A DNA stretch of 64,000 bases from a bacterium (GTDB taxonomy: Bacteria > Actinomycetota > Acidimicrobiia > Acidimicrobiales > Bin134), in assembly GCA_026708015.1 (NCBI GenBank), contig JAPOVT010000048.1, positions 132,112 through 196,111 on the forward strand, written 5' to 3'. The translations under genes were made by a program, and so were the position numbers. Numbering within the stretch: position 1 is the stretch's first letter; every line of letters starts with the position of its first letter. This document shows, piece after piece, positions 56,485 through 64,000 of this stretch. Below the pieces are notes generated by a model. It saw only the letters and a program-made list of their open reading frames with translations. It was not told where the DNA came from and did no database searches.

Positions 56485-57447
56485 ATGGGAACCATTTGGG
56501 TTTATGCAGAGGCCTCAGGCGGCAAGGTCGCCTCGATCAGCCTGGAGTTGTTGACCAGGGCCCGCCAGTTGGCTGACACCGTGGAAGCGGTGGTGGGCGG
56601 CGATGGCGAGCCGGTTGCCGCGGAGCTCGGTGCTCACGGGGCGACCACGGTCCACGCCACCGGCGATCTGGGCGACGGACTGGCCGGCCCGGCCGTGGCC
56701 TCGGCCATTGCTTCGGCCATCGAGGCCGGTTCCGCACCTGACGCAGTGTTGTTCGGCACCACCTACGACGGTCGGGACGTGGCCGGTCGGCTCTCGGTGA
56801 AGCTGAACGCCCCGGTCATCACCAACGTCGTGGAATTGGAGCAAGCCGACGGCGCTCTGGTCGGAACCGAGCCGGTTTTCGGCGGCACCGTCAACGTGAG
56901 CACCCGGTTCAACGGTTCGGGTGTCGGCTTGTTCTTGGTCCGCCCCAAGTCGTTCGCCGCCGAGGAGTCCGGCGGCGGTCCGGCGGCGGTTTCGGCCCTG
57001 TCGGTGCCGGAGCTGGGCGCCACCGGGGCGGCCCGGGTGGTGGACCGCTTCGCCGAGGAGTCCACCGGTCCCAAGCTGGACGAGGCCGGCGTGGTGGTCT
57101 CGGGCGGCCGGGGTCTGGGCGAGGCCGAGAAGTACTCCATGATCGAGGACCTGGCCAACCTCTTGGGCGGGGCGGCGGGCGCGTCGCGCGCCATTGTGGA
57201 CGCCGGCTGGGTTCCCTATTCCCACCAGGTGGGCCAGACCGGCAAAGTGGTCAAGCCCGACGTGTACGTGGCCTGCGGAATCTCCGGGGCCACCCAGCAC
57301 ATGGTGGGCATGAAGGGCTCCAAGAACATCATCGCCATTAACAAAGACGCCGAGGCGCCCATCTTCGGCATCGCCGACCTCGGCGTGGTCGGCGATGTTC
57401 ACAAGGTGCTGCCCAAGCTGATCGAAGCCCTGCAAGCCCGGGGCTGA
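56485..57447 (+). CDS. etfA: Electron transfer flavoprotein alpha subunit
   Basis: C-terminal FAD-binding motif [16 protein letters not shown]. Follows etfB. Confidence 0.92.
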   Translation: MGTIWVYAEASGGKVASISLELLTRARQLADTVEAVVGGDGEPVAAELGAHGATTVHATGDLGDGLAGPAVASAIASAIEAGSAPDAVLFGTTYDGRDVAGRLSVKLNAPVITNVVELEQADGALVGTEPVFGGTVNVSTRFNGSGVGLFLVRPKSFAAEESGGGPAAVSALSVPELGATGAARVVDRFAEESTGPKLDEAGVVVSGGRGLGEAEKYSMIEDLANLLGGAAGASRAIVDAGWVPYSHQVGQTGKVVKPDVYVACGISGATQHMVGMKGSKNIIAINKDAEAPIFGIADLGVVGDVHKVLPKLIEALQARG

Positions 57448-57464
57448 GCCGAGCCCGGCTCAGC
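57443..57464. terminator. Hairpin overlapping the etfA stop codon, between convergent genes
   Basis: GCTGAGCCG-AGCC-CGGCTCAGC, a 9-bp perfect stem with no clear U-tract. Confidence 0.35.
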
Positions 57465-57501
57465 AGTGCCGCAGCGCTCCGGCCCAGCGCTTCAAGCGTC
57501 G

Positions 57502-58278
57502 CTAGACCAAGGGCCAGGGATGGCGGCGGCCACTGGGATCGACGGGGAATCGGCCCTCTTCGGCCAATGCGGTGGCTCGCGTTAGCAGAGCATCTTGTTC
57601 GAACAAGGTGAGCAGGCTGCGCACCTCGGGGGGCAGGCCCTCTTCCAGCAGGCGCCCGACGTCTTCGGCCAAATCTTCGGGCAGCGGCTCCCCGGCCCAT
57701 TCCCAGATCACCGTGCGCAATTTGAACTCGCAGTGGAACGACAGGCCGTTGTCGATGCCGTAGAGCCGCCCGTCGTGGCCGAGCAGGATGTGGCCACCCT
57801 TGCGGTCGGTGCTGTTGATGATGAAGTCGAACGCGCACAGCCGCTGGAACCACCGATGGTGGGCGGGTTCCTCCCGCAGGGTGAAGTAGTGCTCGTCGTA
57901 GTCGGTGGGCACATAGAGCTGCACCGAGCCCTCGCCCAGCGGCCCGTCTCGGAGCACGGTGGGCGGTATCAGATCCCACCCCAGGGCGCGGGACAGCTCG
58001 AAGGCGGCGGTCTCACGCTTGTGGAGTCCGGCGGGGAAGTCCCACAGGGGCCGCTCACCCTGCACCGGCTTGTACACCCCCTGGACGATGGGGGATTCAG
58101 GGGCGTGGACATCCACGAGGAACGTCATGTTGGAACTCCAGGGCATCCGCCCCAGCACGTCCAGCTCACCGGCGGTGAGGATTTCAAAGGCGTCGGCGTC
58201 GTCGAGCGCGGGCCGCTCGCGAAACGGCGATTCCGCATTCGACGGGGACTGGCTCATCAGTTGGAGCAGGGGCACCAA
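57502..58278 (-). CDS. SCO1664 family protein (PI3/4-kinase-like fold)
   Basis: GRMPWSSNMTFLV...KPVQGERPLWDFP...NSTDRKGGHIL matches my recollection of the family. Part of a conserved actinobacterial triad. Confidence 0.7.
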   Translation of the reverse strand: MVPLLQLMSQSPSNAESPFRERPALDDADAFEILTAGELDVLGRMPWSSNMTFLVDVHAPESPIVQGVYKPVQGERPLWDFPAGLHKRETAAFELSRALGWDLIPPTVLRDGPLGEGSVQLYVPTDYDEHYFTLREEPAHHRWFQRLCAFDFIINSTDRKGGHILLGHDGRLYGIDNGLSFHCEFKLRTVIWEWAGEPLPEDLAEDVGRLLEEGLPPEVRSLLTLFEQDALLTRATALAEEGRFPVDPSGRRHPWPLV

Positions 58279-58760
58279 GTGCCGTCGTCGTTAAGCGGAG
58301 CGCCGCAGTACCGGCAGGGCGGACGGCCCGCGGCCACCATCTGTCGGGCCCGGGCGACGAAGCCGGCCACCTGGCCCCGGGTGATCCGGAACCGGGCGGT
58401 GGCCAGGTCGTCTTCTGCTTCTTCTGCTTCTTCAGGGGTGGGCATCTCGGTGGCCATTATCAGCATCCGGTCGGCGTCGGCGTCATAGCCGATCCCGATG
58501 TCGCCCACCGTCCATTCGGATTCCAGGGGCTCGATCAGGCCGATATCGGCCTCGGGGACGATGGAGTCGGGGTCGTTGCTGATCTCCCTCAGCGCTCCGT
58601 CTAGATACTCCGCCAGCGCGGCCACCTGCTGTTTTTCCAGCTTGAGCGACACCAGCGTGCCGGTGACTCCGGCTTGGAGATAGAACACCCGCTGGCCGGG
58701 AGGGCCGATGGTGCCCACTGTGAAATGCTCGAGGTCGTTCAGGTCGAAAGAAGCGCTCAT
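58257..58760 (-). CDS. DUF3090 family protein
   Basis: FTVGTIGPPGQRVFYLQA N-terminus and a C-terminal Cys cluster CRYCGAPLNDDGTWCPCSN. Overlaps the downstream gene by 22 nt. Confidence 0.75.
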   Translation of the reverse strand: MSASFDLNDLEHFTVGTIGPPGQRVFYLQAGVTGTLVSLKLEKQQVAALAEYLDGALREISNDPDSIVPEADIGLIEPLESEWTVGDIGIGYDADADRMLIMATEMPTPEEAEEAEDDLATARFRITRGQVAGFVARARQMVAAGRPPCRYCGAPLNDDGTWCPCSN

Positions 58761-59401
58761 GACGGCACGAGCGCTTTCAGCTCAGACGTGCTGTTGACGG
58801 CCAGCACCAGCGGGCCGTCGTCGCTGTAGAGGATGGCGGTGATCGAGCAGGGCGAGACCACGATCCGCTGGAACATGTCCAAATGGGCGCCCGAGGCGTG
58901 GGAGACCGCCGCCTTGATGGTGTCGGCATGCGACACCGCCACCACCGTGGTGCCGGGGTGGCGGGCCACCAGGGATTGCACGGCGCCGTTCATCCGGGTC
59001 TGCATCTCGGCGAACGACTCTCCCCCCGGGAAGCGGAAGCTGCTGGGGCTGCGCTGCACTTGGCGCCAGTCGCGGCGGCGACGCAGATCGCTGAGCCGCC
59101 GACCGGTCCACCGGCCGAAGTCGCACTCGTTGAGGCTGTCAAGCACCCGAACCCGTCGTCCCGCCGCCCGGGCAATAGGCGCGGCGGTCTCCCGGGCCCG
59201 CTCCATGGGCGAGGCGTAGACCGCCCCGATGCGCTTGGAGCCCAATGCGGCGATGCGGGCCGCGGCTTGTTCCGCCTGTTCTCGGCCCCGGTCGCTGAGG
59301 TGCAGCCCGGGCGCCCGTCCGGGCAGCACCGTGCCGGTGGTGGGGGTTTGGCCATGGCGCACGAACAACACCAAGGTGGGTTTGCGGGATTTAGCGGCCA
59401 T
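58757..59401 (-). CDS. Histidine phosphatase family protein (MSMEG_4193-type putative phosphomutase)
   Basis: RHG catalytic motif (LVLFVRHGQT) and a later SHAD motif. ATGA overlap with the DUF3090 gene. Confidence 0.8.
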   Translation of the reverse strand: MAAKSRKPTLVLFVRHGQTPTTGTVLPGRAPGLHLSDRGREQAEQAAARIAALGSKRIGAVYASPMERARETAAPIARAAGRRVRVLDSLNECDFGRWTGRRLSDLRRRRDWRQVQRSPSSFRFPGGESFAEMQTRMNGAVQSLVARHPGTTVVAVSHADTIKAAVSHASGAHLDMFQRIVVSPCSITAILYSDDGPLVLAVNSTSELKALVPS

Positions 59402-59458
59402 TTGCTCTATGGAATCTGCCTCTGGGTGCGGCTGCCTCTGAACAATTCTTGACAGCCA

Positions 59459-60163
59459 TTGTCTTCTATCTTGGCGGTAGTGGGCTCAACAGACACATTT
59501 GACGAACTGTCCGCCGATGTTATCGCCTGTCGCGCCTGCCCTCGGCTGGTGGCTTGGCGCGAGGAGGTGGCTGCGGTGAAGCGGGCGGCCTATCGGGACT
59601 GGACCTATTGGGGCCGGCCGGTGCCGGGTTTCGGCGACCCCGACGCCCGCATCGTGGTGGTGGGTCTGGCGCCGGCGGCCCACGGCGCCAACCGCACCGG
59701 GCGAATGTTCACCGGCGACCGGTCGGGTGACTTCCTGTATGCCTCGCTGCACCGGATGGGGCTGGCCAACCAGCCCAACGCCACCGACCGCGACGACGGG
59801 CTGGTGCTGAGCGACGTTTACATCACCGCCCCGGTGCGCTGCGCGCCACCCCAGAACAAGCCCACCCCCGCCGAGCGGGACGCCTGTCGCCCCTTTCTGG
59901 TGAGGGAGCTGGAGTTGCTGAGTCGGGCCCGGGTGTTTGTGGCCTTGGGGGCCATCGGCTACGGGGCGGTGGCCGCCGAGTTGGGGGTGCGGCCCCGGCC
60001 CAAGTTCGCCCACGGGTTGGAGGCGCCCGCTCCCGGTGGGCAAACGGTGGTGGGCTGCTATCACGTGAGCCAGCAGAACACCTTCACCGGCCGGCTCACC
60101 ACCGACATGGTCGACCAGGTGTTCGCCCGGGCCTTGGCGCTGGCTGATGCAGTGCAGCCCTAG
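59459..60163 (+). CDS. Uracil-DNA glycosylase superfamily protein, family 5 (UdgB-like)
   Basis: CRACPRLVAWREEV and GLAPAAHGANRTGRMFTGDRSGDFL motifs. The start is uncertain. Confidence 0.8.
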   Translation: MSSILAVVGSTDTFDELSADVIACRACPRLVAWREEVAAVKRAAYRDWTYWGRPVPGFGDPDARIVVVGLAPAAHGANRTGRMFTGDRSGDFLYASLHRMGLANQPNATDRDDGLVLSDVYITAPVRCAPPQNKPTPAERDACRPFLVRELELLSRARVFVALGAIGYGAVAAELGVRPRPKFAHGLEAPAPGGQTVVGCYHVSQQNTFTGRLTTDMVDQVFARALALADAVQP

Positions 60164-60171
60164 ACCGCCCA

Positions 60172-60603
60172 ATGGTTCGCGACTTCAGCGGATCGGGCGA
60201 TACCGTTGGGCCCGTGACGAAGACCCGCTTGCTGGCGATTGCGGCTGCGCTGATTCTGGTTGCAGCCGCCTGCGGCAGCTCCGGCGCGCCCACCTCGTGG
60301 GACGACAATGCCGACGAGTACTGCCTCGGCGGCAGTGAGGAATGCGAGCCCAACGTGGGCCAGCCCGAGCGGAACTTCCGCGATGGATGCCGGGAGGCCG
60401 GCAAAGACGATCTGGACCAGCAGGTTCAAGCGAATTTGGACGATGTGTGCAAGTGCGGCTTCGACAGGATCAGGGACAGCTTGACCTTCGAGCAGTTCAA
60501 AGAGCTTGACGACGATCTGCGCAGCAACATCAATGCCGACTTGACCGAAGAGGTAAACCAGATCATGCGCCAGTGCATCCTGGAGGAATCGGGGCTGGGC
60601 TAG
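60172..60603 (+). CDS. Putative lipoprotein, unknown function
   Basis: Signal plus lipobox LILVAAACGSSG. The mature part has four Cys. The start may be GTG 60214. Confidence 0.6.
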   Translation: MVRDFSGSGDTVGPVTKTRLLAIAAALILVAAACGSSGAPTSWDDNADEYCLGGSEECEPNVGQPERNFRDGCREAGKDDLDQQVQANLDDVCKCGFDRIRDSLTFEQFKELDDDLRSNINADLTEEVNQIMRQCILEESGLG

Positions 60604-60645
60604 CAGCCCGCTGGGGGCAGATCCTCCCTCAAACCCCTACCCGGC

Positions 60646-61776
60646 TCAGACCCCTACCCGGACCGCGCTCTCGGCCCAGTCGGGCCAGCGCTGGCGGCTC
60701 TTGGCGGCCAGCTTGTGCATGAGGGCCACCGCGCCCGGGTCGTCGTCGCCTGGGCGGGCCTGGATCACCCCGTCGTCCAGCATGGCGTTGATGACAGCCC
60801 GGCCCAGTTCGGTGCGAACCACGGTGAGGGTCCAGTCGGTGGCGTCGCCGATGCCCCCGGTGGAGATGTCGGCGTGCTCGGCGGCGAAATCGGGGCAGAG
60901 GTTGCAGCCCTCCCGAGTCCAGGCGTGGCACTCCTTGAGGTTGATCTCGTGGTAGTCGCCGTTCTTCATCCACACCTGGAACACGCCCTTGATGTTCATC
61001 TTGGCGATCTGGTCGGTGGGCAGGCCGTACTTCACCCAGAACAGCTCTTCGAACATGGAGTCGTCGAAGCTCTTGGAGCACAGCAGCCCGATGTTCAGCT
61101 TGATGGGACGGCCCACCTTGCCCACCTTGCGGTTCCACATCACCGGTCCGATGGAGGTCTGACAGCTCATGCCCACCAGGGCCAGGCTTTCCAAACCCCG
61201 CTCCTTGGCCTCCCGGTAGGCCAGGGGATTGGCCGAGTAGGTGTAGCGGCTGCCCGCGCCCCGCAGTACCTCTTCTCGGTTGACGGCCAGGCCCGGCACC
61301 GCCTTCCAGCCGTCGGCGCCGCCGCCCTCCAGAAACGACGTGAGGGCGCCGTCGATGACGTCGTTCTCCAGGCACCAGATCAAGATGGCCGACACCAGCC
61401 CGCCGTCCTGGCCCACCTCGTACACATAGTCGTCGCTGGCTCGCACCAGCAGGATGTCGCTGTAGATGCCGGAAACCTCGTCCTCGGTGCGGATGCGCCC
61501 GAACAGGTGTTCGTCGGCCTCGGCCTCCCAGGTGCGGAACCGGGGACAGGCCCGGGTGCAGGAGGTACAGCCCTTCTGGCCGTGGATGCAGTCGGACAGG
61601 CCCAGCTCCTCCTCCAGGTGGAAGGGCTTGTACTGGCCGGGCTCGTGCTTGTAGCCGATCACGTCGTGGGGGCAGGCGATCACGCAGCCCGCGCACCCCG
61701 TACACAGCCCGGTGTCGATGACCTCCTCGTAGAGCTCCTTCCACTGGTGCTTCCAGCGAACCTTGGCCTCAGCCAC
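60646..61776 (-). CDS. Coenzyme F420 hydrogenase/dehydrogenase beta subunit-like protein (FrhB family) with an N-terminal 4Fe-4S ferredoxin motif
   Basis: CTGCAGCVIACPHDVI ferredoxin motif followed by an FrhB_N/FrhB_C-like body. GTG 61776 is preferred, but the ORF opens at 61896. Confidence 0.7.
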   Translation of the reverse strand: MAEAKVRWKHQWKELYEEVIDTGLCTGCAGCVIACPHDVIGYKHEPGQYKPFHLEEELGLSDCIHGQKGCTSCTRACPRFRTWEAEADEHLFGRIRTEDEVSGIYSDILLVRASDDYVYEVGQDGGLVSAILIWCLENDVIDGALTSFLEGGGADGWKAVPGLAVNREEVLRGAGSRYTYSANPLAYREAKERGLESLALVGMSCQTSIGPVMWNRKVGKVGRPIKLNIGLLCSKSFDDSMFEELFWVKYGLPTDQIAKMNIKGVFQVWMKNGDYHEINLKECHAWTREGCNLCPDFAAEHADISTGGIGDATDWTLTVVRTELGRAVINAMLDDGVIQARPGDDDPGAVALMHKLAAKSRQRWPDWAESAVRVGV

Positions 61777-61984
61777 CCTGAGACTCTGCCACGCCCAGCA
61801 TGTGATTTGGTCATTCAAAGCGCATTTGCCCAGCAAGGCGCTATGGCAGAGGGGCCGGGAGGAAATGGCCGGAAAAGCCGGTAGGATTGCCGTCAAGGAG
61901 GCCCAAACCGCAGGCCAGCGCCAGATTGAGCGCCAGACTGCGCTTCGGACTGCGAGATAACGAGATAGACGGGAGGAACAACAG

Positions 61985-62539
61985 ATGGGCGACTGGTGGG
62001 ATGGCCTGACCGGCGACCTACAGGTCTTCTATCTGATCGGCGTCATCGCCGGCGTCTTCCTCATTCTCCAGCTCCTGTTGTTGGGCTTCGGCGTCGGCTC
62101 CGACCTCGACATCGACCTCGAGGACGAAGGCGCGGGAACGGGATTCCTCTCCCTGCGCAGCCTGACGGCGTTTTTCTTCGCCTTCGGCTGGACCGGCGTG
62201 TTGATGAAGGAAGCGGACAGCTCCACCCCGGTTTCGGTGATCGTGGCCATTGCGGTGGGGTTGGCGGTGTTCTTCGCCGTGGCTTACATGTGGCGCAAGT
62301 TCTCCCAAATGGAGGAGAGCGGCTCAATCGACTACCAGAGCGCGGTGGGCGTCATCGGCACCGTGTACCTGCCGATTCCGGCCAACCGCTCCATGCCCGG
62401 CAAGGTTGAAATCCTCATCCAAGGACGGCTCCGTGTGATCGATGCCTACACCAACTCAGACAACGACCTCCCGGCTCAGACCCGCGTCACCGTGGTTTCT
62501 GTGGTGGACCAGTCCACCGTCCTCGTCAACCCCCTGTAA
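61985..62539 (+). CDS. NfeD/YqiJ-like membrane protein with a C-terminal OB-fold
   Basis: Several TM helices followed by GTVYLPIPANRSMPGKVEILIQGRLRVIDA (NfeD-like beta domain). Located upstream of a flotillin gene. Confidence 0.7.
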   Translation: MGDWWDGLTGDLQVFYLIGVIAGVFLILQLLLLGFGVGSDLDIDLEDEGAGTGFLSLRSLTAFFFAFGWTGVLMKEADSSTPVSVIVAIAVGLAVFFAVAYMWRKFSQMEESGSIDYQSAVGVIGTVYLPIPANRSMPGKVEILIQGRLRVIDAYTNSDNDLPAQTRVTVVSVVDQSTVLVNPL

Positions 62540-62568
62540 CTCATCTGATTTAGACCCGAAAGGACCTT

Positions 62569-63984
62569 TTGATGGCTGCCATAGCCCTTGTTGCCGGCCT
62601 AATTGTCATTCTTCTCATCGCGCTGTTGTGGGTTTCTTCCCGATACAAGCGCTGCCCCTCCGACCGCGTGCTGGTGATCTACGGCCGGGTGGGAGGACAG
62701 GGTCAGTCGGCCCGATGCCTCCACGGAGGCGGTGCCCTGGTGTGGCCCGTCATTCAGGGCTACGCCTTCTTGGACCTCACGCCGTTGCCCATCGAGATCA
62801 AGCTCCAAGGCGCCCTGTCGCAGCAGAACATCCGGGTCAACACCCCGGCCACGTTCACTGTGGGAATCTCCACCGAGCCCGGCGTCATGCAGAACGCTGC
62901 CGAGCGGCTGCTCGGTCTAAGCCTGGTAGAGATTGAGAACCTGGCCCGGGACATCATCTTCGGCCAGATGCGGGTGGTTATCGCCACCATGCCCATTGAG
63001 GAGATCAACGCCGACCGGGAGAAGCTGATCACCAACATCACCGAGTCGCTGGAAATCGAACTGCGCAAAGTGGGTCTGCGCCTTATCAACGTCAACATTC
63101 AGGATGTAACCGACGAGTCGGGCTACATCGACGCCCTGGGGCGCGAGGCCGCCGCCCGGGCCATCAACGAGGCCAAGATCAAGGTGGCCGAACAGGAGCG
63201 CGACGGCGACATCGGCGCCGCCGAAGCCCAGCGGGAGCGGCGCATCAGGGTGGCTGAGGCAAACGCCACCGCCACCGAGGGAGAGAACGAATCGCAGGTG
63301 GTGATCGCCAACTCCGACAGCACACGCCGCCAGCAGGAGGCCGAGGCCGAGCGGGCCGCGGTCACCGCTGAGCGGGTCACCCAGGCTCGTGCGGCCGAAG
63401 AGTCGTTTGCCGCTGAGGGGCAGGCCGAGCAGGCCCGGGCCTCTCGGGACAAGGCCTCGCAAGAAGCCGACATCGTGGTGCCCGCCGAGGTGGAGCGGGA
63501 GCGGGTGCGCACGCTGGCTGAGGCTGAGGCCGACCGGATCAGACTGGTCAAGGGAGGAGAGGCCGACGGCCAGCGTTTGCTCATGGAAGCCGAGGCGCTG
63601 GGCCTGCTGGCCCTGCTAACCCGCCGGGCCGAGGGCCTCGGGGCGCTGGTGAACAACGCCGGCGGCAATCCCCAGTTGGCCGCTCTGCTGTTGATCGCCG
63701 AGCAGATGCCCAATCTGGTGGCCGAGCAGGTCAAGGCCATCTCCAACCTCAAGATCGACCAGGTCACGGTGTGGGACTCCGGCGGCAGTGACGGCAAGAC
63801 CGGCAACAGCACCGCCAACTTCCTCTCTGGCCTGGCCAGATCCCTGCCCCCCATCCACGACCTGGCCGCCCAAGTCGGCATCAAGCTGCCGGCCTACCTC
63901 GGCGAGCTTGACGATGAGACCGCTCTAAAGCGTCTCCGCGAGATTGCCGACCAGCTTGAGCCTGAGGGTAGGTCAGACGAGTAG
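62569..63984 (+). CDS. Flotillin / SPFH (band 7) family protein, YqiK-like
   Basis: N-terminal TM helix, an SPFH domain, and a long Ala/Glu-rich coiled coil (EAEAERAAVTAERV...). Confidence 0.85.
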   Translation: MMAAIALVAGLIVILLIALLWVSSRYKRCPSDRVLVIYGRVGGQGQSARCLHGGGALVWPVIQGYAFLDLTPLPIEIKLQGALSQQNIRVNTPATFTVGISTEPGVMQNAAERLLGLSLVEIENLARDIIFGQMRVVIATMPIEEINADREKLITNITESLEIELRKVGLRLINVNIQDVTDESGYIDALGREAAARAINEAKIKVAEQERDGDIGAAEAQRERRIRVAEANATATEGENESQVVIANSDSTRRQQEAEAERAAVTAERVTQARAAEESFAAEGQAEQARASRDKASQEADIVVPAEVERERVRTLAEAEADRIRLVKGGEADGQRLLMEAEALGLLALLTRRAEGLGALVNNAGGNPQLAALLLIAEQMPNLVAEQVKAISNLKIDQVTVWDSGGSDGKTGNSTANFLSGLARSLPPIHDLAAQVGIKLPAYLGELDDETALKRLREIADQLEPEGRSDE

Positions 63985-64000
63985 AGGTCTTGATCGACGG

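Noticed and set aside
60715-61884. A 389-aa plus-strand ORF.
   Set aside because: It is antisense to the FrhB-like gene and has a biased composition.

Overview
The window is a high-GC, actinobacterial-type chromosome segment. The lineage call rests on WhiB, PdtaS-like kinase, DUF3107, the DUF3090/SCO1664 triad and DUF222-HNH genes. An Acidimicrobiia-like origin is only my inference. Most of it is core metabolism, densely packed with many 4-nt ATGA/GTGA start/stop overlaps:

- 1-8.4 kb: a 5'-partial membrane protein, an acyl-CoA synthetase, a CoA-transferase and a 2-hydroxyacid dehydrogenase.
- 8.7-15.9 kb: a complete System I cytochrome c maturation operon (ccmABCDEFGH plus a TPR CcmI-like gene).
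- 17-36.5 kb: serine and branched-chain amino acid genes (serC, serA, leuA, leuCD, leuB, ilvE, cimA), an aminotransferase, an S9 peptidase, greA and gltX.
- 45-50 kb: cysteine desulfurase, Mrp, the PdtaS-like kinase, whiB and a glycerophosphodiesterase.
- 54.6-64 kb: etfBA, the DUF3090/SCO1664/phosphomutase triad, a family-5 UDG, an FrhB-like protein and an NfeD-flotillin pair.

There are two accessory patches:

- 36.5-45.0 kb: a DUF222-HNH gene, a split Type ISP restriction-modification gene, tRNA-Gln(CUG) and a Fic gene.
- 50.3-54.6 kb: a second DUF222-HNH paralog, orphan ORFs, a HicB-like ORF and an overlapping XRE-ImmA/PIN-like pair.

The most unusual object is the Type ISP locus:

- The gene carries a C16 homopolymer in codons 2-7.
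- It has an in-frame (GA)13 tract.
- Directly after that tract lie five tandem, diverged, mutually frame-shifted copies of one ~40-codon junction module.
- As sequenced, the three reading frames selectable at the (GA)n tract end in three different modules.
- One frame terminates in an ATGA overlap with the separate C-terminal domain ORF.

Other notable items are a Leu-codon leader peptide plus attenuator upstream of leuA, a 33/99-nt tandem repeat encoding an 11-mer repeat membrane protein, a promoter followed by three perfect hairpins upstream of ccmA, and TTCCGAAA palindromes over the fic start.
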